Made by a program: the position numbers and the translations under genes. This document shows positions 1 through 14,119 of a stretch of 64,000 nucleotides of DNA, piece after piece. The stretch is taken from the NCBI RefSeq assembly GCF_964355755.1, contig NC_092680.1:12090001-12154000 (forward strand). Reading direction: 5' to 3'. The notes beneath the pieces were generated by a model. The model had not been told where the DNA came from. It did not search any database and saw nothing but the letters and a program-made list of their open reading frames with translations. The stretch comes from Antedon mediterranea (Eukaryota; Animalia; Echinodermata). Position 1 is the first letter of the stretch. The number at the start of each line of letters is the position of its first letter.

Positions 1-845
1 ATGTACAGAAAAGTTTATTTTTACCAAAGCCAAATCTCTTAAGAGACATATCAAGGAAGTCCCATTTCACCTTATCGAAAGCCTTTTCGAAATCTACAAA
101 AAATAGTAAGTTTGGCTTGTTGTGCATTTCTGCATATTCTATTACATCATAGACTAATCTTATGTTTTCTCCAATATATCTGCCTTTAAGAAAGCCCGTT
201 TGATCAGGATTAATTACTGATGGCAGCACACATTTTAAACGAGTCGCAATGGCTTTTGCTAAAATTTTATAATCCACATTTAAAAGCGAGAGATGGGACG
301 CCAGTTTTTCAATAATAGCGGAGATTTATCTTTTTTCGGTATAAGTAATATCACCCCTCGTTTCTGGGAGATACTTAAAAACCCGGATTGGAAAGAATAA
401 TGGTAAGCGTTAATTAGCGTATCTTTTATATCATTCCAAAATAGTTTATAAAACTCGGCAGGAAAACCATCTGTCCCAGGGGTTTTATTGTTATCCATCG
501 CCTTTAATGCTTCTAAACATTCTGTATCTCTAAGGGGCTGGTCACATATAGATTCATCATCTTTATTGATTTTATCTATGTGTATCTTGTCAAAAATATC
601 AGCAGGGTTGACATTGTTATTTTTGCCTTCAAAACTATATAATGATTCATAGAATCGTTTTTCTTCATTTATTATATCGTCGGGGTTAGTTATGTCTCCA
701 TTATCTGTTGTAATTTTAGTTATATGCTTTTTATTATAATTCCTCCTCTCTAAATTAAGAAAATATTTCGTGCTTTTTTCTCCTTCTTCTATCCAACGGG
801 CTTTGGATCGAATCAGTGAGCCACGTGTTCTAATTTCATAGTTTT
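1..845 (-). pseudogene. L1/Tx1-clade LINE ORF2 fragment (linker plus N-terminal RT), frameshifted
   Basis: Minus strand reads ...RSKARWIEEGEKSTKYFLNLE...KTPGTDGFPAEFYK...KNWRPIS, then after a frameshift near 285 NVDYKILAKAIATRL...VDFEKAFD. These are L1-type RT motifs. It is a different family from the element at 38914. Confidence 0.9.
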
Positions 846-1966
846 TATTGTTTGGTAGGGCCCTTTGGGGAGGCGGAGGTCATTTGATGGAGGTGCTTAT
901 TCGAGGGATATATGTTAAATTGTTTAGTTCTAATAATATGGTAACATTTATAATCAAATGAAATCCTCTCATAGATATGAAAAGTGGTAAAAAAGAATAA
1001 CAAATGCTTGGTAAATTGCAGATAACAGTGCGGTGAATTCTACTACAAATAGTATAATTGTGTTATTATAAATATGTGGATGGACGTTTATTAGATAGTT
1101 GGGTTGTGGGGGGGGGGGGGGTTATTATTCAAAGTGATGTTTTATTGGAGAGGCGTTTATTCAAATGAATACCATCCTAATAATTATTAATACATTATTT
1201 AATTTAATCATCTTTTGAAACTAACTGCCGTGACAGAGTGGGCCCAAGAAAGAAGACATTACGGCTTGCAACATGGGCAGACATCTCGGTCCTAACGGGA
1301 CACAAGAAGATAGCCTACAGTTATTCCTGCAAGCTTACTCAATAAAACTCAGCTATCGGGATTTCACTCGAAAAATGTCTTATCAAATCTCCCTATGTAA
1401 TTTTATAATACTATTCCCCACAATATATTCTGATTCTTTATGGCGTATATTTAATTTGATCTTTATTAATTTGCAGTATAATTCCTATTCACACACGTGT
1501 GGTATGTTTTAAAATAAACAAAAAACTGAAATGGCTATGATTAATGGCCAATTTTTTTTTCGTCTTCCAAAGGGACACTGTATTGATTGATGGAAAGTGC
1601 CTGTTTCCAGTCACCTTTAGGGTCAAATCTATTATTTTAACTGCTCCCTTGTGTATAAAAGAGAGAAAATATTTGAAACTAAGGTGAACTTATCTTAAAC
1701 CCGGAAATTACTTTGACCGGGAAGAATTGAAATTGAGAGGAAAATCCAATGTTGAAATCATAAATGTTGTTAAAAAACTCTTTATAATATCTTCCTAAGA
1801 TATAAATATGGAACAATAGCGTCGGCGTGCACACTAATGTTATCAAATCTACGTTTCGCGGTACATCTCGGATAGATAAGGTAGGTATCCAAGGCGGAGA
1901 TTTGTACCGAAGTTTTTGCATTGTGCTCGCCTATGTCAGAATTAACCATAATTTATATATAGATGC

Positions 1967-4868
1967 CTCTATAAGATGATGTTAGCACAATATATCTGTA
2001 TAAATGGCAATATTATAGCATAATTATTCAATTTTTAAAAGTGGAAAATGTTGCCTTTTTCGACCCTTTTATTTTTTTGACATAACTAGTTACGATGGCT
2101 CTATAAGATGATGTTAACACAATATATGCATAAATGGCAATATTATAACATAATTATTGAATTTGAAAAAGTGGAAAATTTTGCCATTTTTCGAAAAAAT
2201 TCATATAGTCCCCCGCATTAAAATTTTCGAAAAATGGCCTAATTATTGAATTTTAAACGGTGGACATTTTGGTTAATGTTAGCAAAATATATCTGTATAA
2301 ATGGCAACATTATAGCATACTTTTCGAATTTTGAAAAGTGGACATTTTTGCCATTTTTCGAAAAAAATTCCTATGGTCCCCCACAGGAAATTTTTTTAAA
2401 AATGGCCAAATTTCGACCCTTTTATTTTTTGATATAACTAGTTACTACGGCTCTATAAGATGATGTTAACACAATATATGTGCATAAATGGCAAAATTAT
2501 AGCCTAATTATTGAATTTTAAAAGGTGGAAATTTTGGTTATTTTTTGAAAAAATTCCTTTAGTCCCCCGCAGGAAAATTTTCGAAAAATGGCCAAATTTC
2601 GATCCTTTTATTTTTTGACTTAACTAGTTACTATGGCTCTATAAGATGATGTTAACACGATATATGTCCATAAATGGCAATATTATAGCCTAATTATTGA
2701 AGTTTAAAGGTGGAAATTTTCGCCATTTTTCGAAAAAAATCCTGTGGTCCCCCGCAGGGAAATTTTTCAAAAATGGCAAAATTTAGACCCTTTTATTTTT
2801 TGACATAACTAGTTACTATGGCTCTATAAGATGATGTTAGCACAATTATATGTGCATAAATGGCAATATTATAGCATAATTTTTGAATTTTAAAAAGTGG
2901 AATTTTTGCCATTTTTGGAAAAAATTCCTATGGTCCCCCGCAGGAAAATTTTCTAAAAATGGCCAAATTTCGACCCTTTTTTTTTTTATATAACTAGTTA
3001 CTATGGCTCTATAAGATGATGTTAACACAATATATGTGCATAAATGGCAATATTATAGCCTAATTATTGAATTTTAAAAGGTGGAATATTTGCCATTTTT
3101 GGAAAAAATTCCTATGGTCCCCCGCAGGAAAATTTTCTAAAAATGGCCAAATTTCGACCCTTTTATTTTTTGATATAACTAGTTACTATGGCTCTATAAG
3201 ATGATGTTAACACAATATATGTGCATAAATGGCAATATTATAGCCTAATTATTGAATTTTAAAAGGTGGAAATTTTGGTTATTTTTTGAAAAAAATCCTT
3301 TGGTCCTCCGCAGGAAAATTTTCTAAAAATGGCAAAATTTCGATCCTTTTATTTTTTGATATAACTAGTTACTATGGCTCTATAAGATGATGTTAACACG
3401 ATATATGTGCATAAATGGCAATATTATAGCCTAATTATTGAAGTTTAGGGTGGAAATTTTCACCATTTTTCGAAAAAAATCCTGTGGTCCCTCGCAGGGA
3501 AATTTTCCAAAAATAGCAAAATTTAGACCCTTTTATTTTTTGACATGACTAGTTACTATGGCTCTATAAGATGATGTTAGCACAATTATATGTGCATAAA
3601 TGGCAATATTATAGCATAATTTTTGAATTTTAAAAAGTGGAAATTTTGGTCATTTTTCGAAAATAATTCCTATGGTTCCCCGCAGGGAAATTTTCGCAAA
3701 AATGGCCAAATTTCAAACCTTTCATTTTTTGACATAACTAATTACTATGGCTCTATAAGATGATGTTAACACAATATATGTGCATAAATGGCAATATTAT
3801 AGCCTAATTATTGAATTTTAAAAGGTGGAATATTTGCCATTTTTGGAAAAAATTCCTATGGTCCCCCGCAGGAAAATTTTCTAAAAATGGCCAAATTTTG
3901 ACCCTTTTATTTTTTGATATAACTAGTTATGGCTCTATAAGATGATGTTAACACAATATATGTGCATAAATGGCAATATTATATTCTAATTATTGAATTT
4001 TAAAAGTTGGAAATTTTAGTAGTTTTCGACCCTTTTATATTTTGACATAAGTAGTTGCTGTTGCTCTATAAGATGATGTTAGCACAATATATGTGCATAA
4101 ATGGCAATACTATAGCCTAATTATAGAATATAAAAAATTGGAAATTTTTGCAATTTTTCGAAAATAATCGTATGGTCCCCCGCAGGGAAATTGTCGTAAA
4201 AATGGCGAAATTTAAAACCTTTTATTTTTTGAAATAACTAGTTACTATGGCTCTATAAGTTGATGTTAGCAAAATATATCTGTATAAATGGCAATATTAT
4301 AGCATAATTATTTAATTTTAAAAAGTGGAAAATGTTTCCATTTTTTGTCCCTTTTATTTTTTTGACATAACTAGTTGCTATATCTCTATAAGATGATGTT
4401 AGCACAATATATGTGCATAAATGGCAATATTATAGCATAATTATTGAATTTAAAAAAGTGGAAATTTTGGCCATTTTTCGAAAAAATTCCCATGGTCCCC
4501 CGCAGCGAAATTGTTAAACTTTAACCCTTTTATATTTTGACATAACTAGTTACGATGGCTCTATAAGATGATGTTAGCAAAATATATCTGTATAAATGGC
4601 AACATTATAGCATACTTTTCGAATTTTGAAAAGTGGAAATTTTTGCCATTTTTCGAAAAAAATTCCTATGGTCTCACACAGGAAAATTTTCGAAAAATTT
4701 CCAAATTTTGTCCCTTTTATTTTTTGACATAACTAGTTACTATGGCTCTATAAGATGATGTTAGCACAATATATTTGCATAAATGGAAATATTATAGCAT
4801 AATTATTGAATTTTAAAAAGTGGGAATTTTTGACATTTTTTGAAAAAATTCCTATGGTCCCTCGCATA
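1967..4868 (+). repeat. Satellite A array 1 (~185-bp monomer, some ~125-130-bp deletion monomers)
   Basis: GCTCTATAAGATGATGTT recurs about every 185 bp (for example ~2450, 2636, 2821, 3191). Confidence 0.97.
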
Positions 4869-6860
4869 GTGCGGTGGCAGGAGGGGGGAATCACCACCCG
4901 AAAGTGGACAAATTGCCATCCAACTTTTCTAGACTAGAATTTTCCGTAGATTACGAATATGGAAGGTAATCGATCAGGATAGGAAGCGTTTTCGAGATAT
5001 AAGGGGTCAAAATTCAAAATTGACCAATTACAACAATGTAATATGTATATGTATTATAACAAATTTATTGAAGCACAATTTGGTCTTTTATTACATTTTT
5101 ATGATTATAAGTGTGTATTCTATCACCTTACGGAAAAAAATATCCTTTGTGATTAAGGGTCAAATGTCAATATTGACCAATCATAGAACGTACCTATAAA
5201 CCCAAATAAAAACTAATATTTAATCAAAATTGGATGTTTTCTCATTCTGTTAATCAATCATACGCAATGTAAAAGAGCGAATACATCATTTCATCAGTTG
5301 ACATAAGGTCAATTTCATCAGTTGAATTAAGGTCAAAGGTCAACATTTTAATACGCGTATTAGTTAACAAATAAATGCAAAGTTGTCCAAACTACGATAT
5401 TGATGGTTTTACAAGTAATCAAATTATTTGATTAGTAAAGTTATGTTATTTCATTATAATTTTGATTAATATAATTATAATACTGTATTTAATAAAATCA
5501 GACTTCGATCAGGATAGGAAGCGAATAGGAAGAGATAAGGGGTCAAAGTTTAAAATGGACCAATTATAACAATGTATTATATACATATGTATTATAACCA
5601 GTTTATTAAAGTTAAATTTGGTCTTTTAATATATTTGTATGGTTATAGGTATTGTATGGTGTTATTCAGTCGCCTTATAAAACAAATACTTTGCAATTAA
5701 AGGTCAAATGTCAATATTAACCAATCACAAAATTTGCATTTAAAACCAAATAAAAACTAACATTTAAGACAAAATGTTATGTTTTATCATTCTGTTAAGA
5801 CATCTATCAATCATACACAATCAAAAGAGCACATTTATCATTACACAAGTTGACATGGGTCAAAGGTCAACATTTAAACAAATGATATACTAAATAATGC
5901 AAAGTTATTCAAACTATGAGATCGATGTTCATAAATGTAATCACGTTATTTGATCAGTGAAGTTATGGTATTTTTATATTTTTTCTAGTGCGCATTATTT
6001 TAAATGTATTAATATAATACTGTAAAATAAATAATAAAATTAATATTATGACGATTAAAATGTTATGATGTTAAAATGTTGCGCTGACTTTCAATGATTT
6101 GCCACTATACCGTTGCATTTATTAGGGCTACAATATTCGTCTTTGGAAAATAAACTACTATTCATCAGAACCAGAGAATACAAATTCGTACAGGATAGGG
6201 CATGGACAGATCCAGGTGGCCGAACTCAATCGAAAACTTACACTACACAGACAGACCACAATTTTTATATAGTTTGGCCCATACAGGAAAGAGTTTCCTG
6301 TATACAAAGGATTCTAAAATAACCCATGTGGATTTGCCCGAATGAACCTTCTAAGGACCCTTTTGGGATCTATATGTAGTGTGCTACATAAGGCCCTGTA
6401 TTAGAAATTAGTATGGGGTAAATAGTTCATAGATGTACTATGGAATAAAACTAAATGTGCACCCTCAATCTTTAAATAACATTTATGGATTTGCCCAAAT
6501 GAACCCAAGGGCCGATCCTTCATGGACCTTTCGGGGTTCTCTATGTGGGGCTACAAGAGACCCTATATTGGAAATAATGTATGTGGTGTGAAAATGTGGG
6601 TTCATAGAGATATAATAAATATCCCTGTGCACCCTAGATCATCCATAAAGAATATTTTATGGATTTGCCCAAATTAACCCAAGGGCCGGTCGTTCTCCAT
6701 GGATGGACATTAAGCCCCATAATGGCAATATAAGGGGTGACACTGTGAGTTCATATAGACAGGCGTGGCCCATGAATTAAGCTGCCTGTGCAATCTCGAT
6801 CCTTAAGAAAAATGTATGGATTTGCCCAAATTAACCCAAGGGCCAGTCCTCCATGGACAT
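4869..6860 (+). repeat. Spacer segment copy 1 (paralogue at 38411-46710); contains a diverged ~536-bp tandem dimer
   Basis: Near-identical to 38411-38913 plus 45239-46710. GATCAGGATAGGAAGCG starts the two diverged units at ~4971 and ~5507. Confidence 0.93.
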
Positions 6861-6865
6861 TAAGC
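6326..6865 (+). repeat. Diverged ~150-170-bp tandem repeat (repeat D), copy 1
   Basis: GGATTTGCCC(A/G)AAT(T/G)AACC at ~6330, 6487, 6661 and 6818. Confidence 0.8.
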
Positions 6866-9800
6866 TTTACAACTATAACAATATTTCACTTTCAAAAACA
6901 ATATTTATTTTCAAATAAAAAAAAAAAGAAAAAAAATATCCCTAGAAGTTCGAACCCTCTATTGAAATCACTCAAACCTAAGCATTACCCGTTACGCCGC
7001 AAACCAGTAGATGACTGAAGCGCTGATAATAGTCTATTTATATGAAATAGATGATCAATCAATGAAAAATAATGCCATGCAACTTTGTTTCTGATTTTAA
7101 AAAAGGTTCACTTGTTTAGGCTTGACAGTTGCAACCCTCAAAATATCTCACTTTCAAAAACAATATTTATTTTCAATAAAAAAAAAATGAAAAAAAAAAC
7201 CCGTAGGCCTATAGGTTCGAAACAACTACTGAGAGCACTCAAACCTGAGCATTACCCGTAACGCCACAAACCAGTAGATGACTGAAGAGCTCATAATAGT
7301 CTATTTATATGAAATGAATGATCAATCAATGAAAAATAATGTTATGCAACTTTGTTTCTGATTTTAAAAAAAAGGTCCACTTGTTTAGGCCTGACATTTA
7401 CAACCATAACAATATCTCATTTTCAAAAACAATATTTATTTTCAATTAAAAAAAAAAGGAGAAAAAATATCCCTAGAGGTTTGAAACCACTATTGAGAGC
7501 ACTCAAACCTGAGCATTACCCGTTACGCCACAAACCAGTAGATGACTGAAGAGATGATAATAGTCTATTTATATGAATTGATGATCAATCAATGAAAAAT
7601 AATGCTATGCAACTTTGTTTCTGATTGAAAAAAATGTCCACTTGTTTAGGCCTGACATTTACAACCCTCAAAATATCTCACTTTCAAAAACCATATTTAT
7701 TTTCAATTTAAAAAAAAAAAAAGAAAAAATATCCCTAGAGGTTCGAAACCACTATTGAGAGCACTCAAACCTGAGCATTACCCGTTACGCCACAAACCAG
7801 AAGATGACTGAAGAGCTGATAATAGTCTATTTATATGAATGGATGATCAATCAATGAAAAATAATGCTATGCAACTTTTTTCTGATTTTTAAAAAGGTCG
7901 ACTTGGTTAGGCATGACATTTACAACCATAAAATATCTCATTATCAAAAACAAAATTTATTTTCAATTAAAAAAAAAAAGAAAACATTTTCCTAGAGGTT
8001 CGAATCAACTACTGAGAGAACTCAAACCTGAGCATTACCGGTTACGCCACAACCCAGTAGATGAGTGAAGAGCTGATAATAGTCTATTTATATGAAATGA
8101 ATGATCAATCAATGAAAAATAATGTTATGCAACTTTGTTTCTGATTTTAAAAAAGGTCCACTTGTTTAGGCCTGACATTTACAACTATAACAATATTTCA
8201 CTTTCAGAAACAATATTTATTTTCAAATAAAAAAAAAAGAAAAAAAATATCCCTGGAAGTTCGAACCCACTATTGAAATCACTCAAACCTGAGCATTACC
8301 CGTTACGCCGCAAACCAGTAGATGACTGAAGAGCTGATAATACTCTATTTATATGAAATGAATGATCAATCAATGAAAAATAATGTTATGCAACTTTGTT
8401 TCTGATTTAAAAAAAGGTCCACTTGTTTAGGCCTGACATTTACAACCATAACAATATCTCACTTTCAAAAACAATATTTATTTTCAATAAAAAAAAAAAG
8501 AGAAAAAATATCCCTAGAGGTTCGAAACCACTATTGAGAGCACTCAAACCTGAGAATTACCCGTTACGCCACAAACCAGTAGATGACTGAAGAGATGATA
8601 ATAGTCTATTTATATGAATGGATGATCAATCAATGAAAAATAATGCTTTGCAACTTTGTTTCTGATTGAAAAAAATGTCCACTTTTTTAGGCCTGACATT
8701 TACAACCCTCAAAATATCTCACTTTCAAAAAGCATATTTATTTTCAATTTAAAAAAAGAAAAGAAAAAAAACATCCCTAGAGGTTCGACCCACTACTGAG
8801 AGCACTCAAACCTGAGCATTTGAGGTTCAAACCCACTACTGAGAGAACTCAACATTTACAACTATAACAATATCTCACTTTCAAAAAAAAAAGAAAAAAA
8901 ATGCCGCTAGAAGTTCGAACCCACTATTGAAAGCACTCGAACCTGAGCATTACCCGTTACGCCACAAACCAGTAGATGACTGAAGAGCTGATAATAGTGT
9001 ATTTATATGAAATCAATGATCAATCAATGAAAAATAATGCCATGCAACTTTGTTTCTGATTTAAAAAAAGATCCATTTGTTTAGGCCTGACATTTACAAC
9101 CTTCAAAATATCTCATTTTCAAAAAAAATATTTATTTTCAATAAAAAAAAAAAGAGAAAAAATATCCCTAGAGGTTCGAAACCACTATTGAGAGCACTCA
9201 AACCTGAGCATTACCCGTTACGCCGCAAACCAGTAGATGACTGAAGAGCTGATAATACTCTATTTATATGAAATGAATGATCAATCAATGAAAAATAATG
9301 CCAACCAACTTTGTTTCTGATTTTAAAAAAGGTCCACTTCTTTAGGCCTGACATTTACAACCCTCAAAATATCTCATTAAAAAAAAAAAATATTTATTTT
9401 CAATTAAAAAAAAAGAAATAAGAAATATCCCTAGAGGTTCGAACCCACTACTGAGAGCACTCAGACCTGAGTATTACCCGTTACGCCACAAACCAGTATA
9501 TGACCGAGGAGCTAATAATAGTCTATTTATATAAAATGAATGATCAATCAATGAAAAATAATGTTATGCAACATTGTTTCTGATTTTAAAAAAGGTCCAC
9601 TTGGTTAGGCCTGACATTTACAACCCTCAAAATATCAAACTTTCAAAAACAATATTTATTTTCAATTAAAAGAAAAAATAAAAAATTTCCCAAGAGGTTC
9701 AAACCCACTACTGAGAGAACTCAACATTTACAACTATAACAATATCTCACTTTCAAAAACAATATTTATTTTCAAATAAAAAAAAAGAAAACAAATACCG

Positions 9801-12585
9801 CTAGAAGTTCGAACCCACTATTGAAATCACTCAAACCTGAGCATTACCCGTTACGCCGCAAACCAGTAGATGACTGAAGAGCTGATAATAGTCTATTTAT
9901 ATGAAATAGATGGTCAATCAATGAAAAATAATGCCATGCAACTTTGTTTCTGATTTTAAAAAAGGTTCACTTGTTTAGGCCTGACAGTTGCAACCCTCAA
10001 AATATCTCACTTTCAAAAACAATATTTATTTTCAATAAAAAAAAAAAGAAAAAAAATACCCCTATATGTTCGAACCCACTGCTGAGAGCACTCAAACCTG
10101 AGCATTACCCGTTACGCCACAAACCAGTAGATGCCTGAAGAGCTGATAATAGTCTATTTATATGAAATGAATGATCAATCAATGAAAAATAATGTTATGC
10201 AACTTTGTTTCTGATTTTAAAAAAGGTCCACTTGGTTAGGCCTGACATTTACAACCCTCAAAATATCTCACTTTCAAAAACAATATTTATTTTCAATTAA
10301 AAAAAAAATAAAAAATTTCCCAAGAGGTTCAAACCCACTACTGAGAGAACTCAACATTTACAACTATAACAATATCTCACTTTCAAAAACAATATTTTTT
10401 TTCAAATAAAAAAAAAGAAAAAAAATACCGCTAGAAGTTCGAACCCACTATTGAAATCACTCAAACCTAAACATTACCCGTTACGCCGCAAACCAGTAGA
10501 TGACTGAAGAGCTGATAATAGTCTATTTATATGAAATAGATGGTCAATCAATGAAAAATAATGCCATGCAACTTTGTTTCTGATTTTAAAAAAGGTTCAC
10601 TTGTTTAGGCCTGACAGTTGCAACCCTCAAAATATCTCACTTTCAAAAACAATATTTATTTTCAATAAAAAAAAAGAAAGAAAAAAAATACCCCTATATG
10701 TTCGAACCCACTTCTGAGAGCACTCAAACCTGAGCATTACCCGTTACGCCACAAACCAGTAGATGCCTGAAGAGCTGATAATAGTCTATTTATATGAAAT
10801 GAATGATCAATCAATGAAAAATCAGGCCATGCAACTTTGTTTCTGATTGAAAAAAAGATCCGTTTGTTTAGGCCTGACATTTACAACCCTCAAAATATCT
10901 CATTTTCAAAAAAAATATTTATTTTCAATAAGAAAAAAAAAAGCAATATCCCTAGAGGTTGGAACCCGCTACTGAGAGCACTCGAACCTGGGTATTACCC
11001 GTTACGCCACAAACCAGTAGGTGACTGAAGAGCTGATAATATGAAATTAATGATCAATCAATGAAAAATAATGCCATGCAACTTTGTTTCTGATTTTAAA
11101 AAAGGTCCACTTCTTTAGGCCTGACATTTACAACCCTCAAAAATATCTCATTTAAAAAAAAAATATTTATTTTCAATTAAAAAAAAAAGAAAAAAGAAAT
11201 ATCCCTAGAGGTTCGAACCCACTACTGAGAGCACTCAGACCTGAGTATTACCCGTTACGCCACAAACAGGTAGATGACCGAGGAGCTGATAATAGTCTAT
11301 TTATATTGATGGATGATCAATCAATGAAAAATAATGTTATGCAACTTCATTTCTGATTTTTAAAAAGGTCGACTTGGTTAGGCATGACATTTACAACCAT
11401 AAAAATATCTCACTATCAAAAACAATATTTATTTTCAATTAAAAAAAAAAAGAAAAAAAATTTCTAGAGATTCGAACCCACTACTGAGAGAACTCAAACC
11501 TGAGCATTACCGGTTACGCCACAACCCAGTAGATGAGTGAAGAGCTGATAATAGTCTATTTATATGAAATGAATGATCAATCAATGAAAAATAATGCTAT
11601 GCAACTTTGTTTCTGATTTTAAAAAAGGTCCACTTGGTTAGGCCTGACATTTACAACCCTCAAAATATCTCACTTTCAAAAACAATATTTATTTTCAATT
11701 AAAAAAAAAATAAAACATTTCCCAAGAGGTTCAAACCCACTACTGAGAGAACTCAAACCTGAGCATTACCGGTTACGCCACAACCCAGTAGATGACTGAA
11801 GAGCTGATAATAGTTTATTTATATGAAATGAATGATCAATCAATGAAAAATAATGTTATGCAACTTTGTTTCTGATTTTAAAAAAGGTCCACTTGTTTAG
11901 GCCTGACATTTACAACCATAACAATATCTCACTTTCAAAAACAATATTTATTTTCAATGAAAAAAAAAAGAAAAAAATACCCGTATAGGTTCGAACCCAC
12001 TGCTGAGAGCACTCAAACCTGAGCATTACCTGTTACGCCACGAACCAGTAGATGACTGAAGAGCTGATAATAGTCTATTTATATTGATGGATGATCAATC
12101 AATGAAAAATAATGTTATGCAACTTCATTTCTGATTTTTAAAAAGGTCGACTTGGTTAGGCATGACATTTACAACCATAAAAATATCTCACTATCAAAAA
12201 CAATATTTATTTTCAATTAAAAAAAAAAGAAAAAAAATTTCTAGAGATTCGAACCCACTACTGAGAGAACTCAAATCTGAGTATTACCGGTTACGCCACA
12301 ACCCAGTAGATGAGTGAAGAGCTGATAATAGTCTTTTTATATGAAATGAATGATCAATCAATGAAAAATAATGTTATGCAACTTTGTTTCTGATTTTAAA
12401 AAAGGTCTACTTGTTTAGGCCTGACATTTACAACTATAACAATATTTCACTTTCAAAAACAATATTTATTTTCAAATAAAAAAAAAAGAAAAAAAATACC
12501 CGTATAGGTTCGAACCCACTGCTGAGAGCACTCAAACCTGAGCATTACCCGTTACGCCACAAACCAATAGATGACTGAAGAGCTC

Positions 12586-13655
12586 GGCCGTAACTCGCAT
12601 TTTTGTCAATTTTGAGATTTTTACATTTGGGGAATTATTACAAATTTATGAACAACCTGTAAAAATTTCAGGTTTCAGAGATCATTAATTTTAGAGATAG
12701 TACCACGTATCTTTAAGCAAAAAACAAATAATTCTGGTATTTTCCAAGGCAAAACAACGTATCTACCAGATCTGCCACGGAAATGTCTACGATTTTCGCT
12801 TCAAATTCTCACAATCAGCTAAGTTACGTAATTTTGAGACAGAAACCACTGATGCATGACGATAGGCATAGCAACGATCTTAACTAAAAGTAAAAGATAT
12901 ATTAAACAATATTAGGCTTATTACGCTAGACAACTAATTTAATGTATTAAAATTTATTCTAAGAATTAACTGTATTTACGAAAAAGTTCAGGCAAGCTTG
13001 AAACTAGGCTAGGCTATTATTTTTACAGACCTACCTAATCTAGCCTAGTACACCAGTATTGTCATTGAAACAAGGCTATGCCTAGCCTAGTAGGACGGCC
13101 GTCTTTGCATTGTTGTACGTAGGCCTTGTAGTAGCAGGCTAGTAGGTAGGCTATAAAATAATAATGTAATAAGTCTATATCATAAATAGTAGATGCAAAT
13201 GGCTAAGCCTAGATTCAAATGCACTCTTTGTTTAGCCAACCTAGTTCCTAGCCATCATAGATGATCGCAGCCTTCCCTTTTGTTCAAAAAGAGTTTCAAT
13301 CCATTGTTTTTAAAATCATCACAGTTACGTTGTTTTGCCATGGAATGACCACAGTTACGTTGTTTTGCCACAGAATATCGCAGTTACGTTGTTTTGCCTC
13401 AGAAATGACTTTCATTCTATGCACGTCATTTCTAAGGCAAAACAACGTATCTGTTAAAAGTGGTAATAACTTTTGATCAAATGGTTTAAATTATTTAACA
13501 TTTTGTATTTAATAATAATTATTATTTATATATACTCATGCAAAATGTCACATCATTACGATAATTTGTTGTTGAAATGCAAACACTCAAACTTCAATTC
13601 AATTTTTATCGAAAAGCAACATTTTGTAGTTACGTTGTTTTGCATTGGAACGGCC
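12586..13655. mobile_element. Non-autonomous DNA element (1070 bp) with very short TIRs inserted in satB
   Basis: GAA-GAGCTC|GGCCGT...ACGGCC|GAGCTC-ATAATAG. Uninterrupted monomers read GAAGAGCTCATAATAG. Internal TACGTTGTTTTGCC motifs occur in both orientations. No credible ORF. Confidence 0.85.
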
Positions 13656-14119
13656 GAGCTCATAATAGTCTATTTATATGAAAAGAATGATCAATCAATG
13701 AAAAATAATACCATGCAACTTTGTTTCTGATTGAAAAAAATGTCCACTTGTTTAGGCCTGACATTTACAACCCTCAAAATATCTCACTTTCAAAAACCAT
13801 ATTTATTTTCAATTTAAAAAAAAAGAAAAAAAATATCCCTAGAGGTTCGACGCACTACTGAGAGCACTCAAACCTGAGCATTACCCGTTACGCCACAAAC
13901 CAGTAGATGACTGAAGAGCTGATAATAGTGTATTTATATGAAATGAATGATCAATCAATGAAAAATAATACCATGCAACTTTGTTTCTGATTGAAAAAAA
14001 TGTCCACTTGTTTAGGCCTGACATTTACAACCCTCAAAATATCTCACTTTCAAAAACCATTTAAACCATTTGATCAAAAGTTATTACCACTTTTAACAGA
14101 TACGTTGTTTTGCCTTAGA

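Noticed and set aside
855-1960. Possible MITE remnants (GGTGCTTATTCGAG, GGCGTTTATTC) and ORFs 1273 and 1679
   Set aside because: No definable termini or protein similarity.
2246-3028. Short ORFs in satA (also 35181, 36284, 36301, 37441, 48507)
   Set aside because: Chance frames in tandem repeats with no domain content.
13261-13730. ORFs in the 1070-bp DNA element as a transposase
   Set aside because: Short, repeat-derived, one runs out into satB, and there are no DDE or YR motifs.
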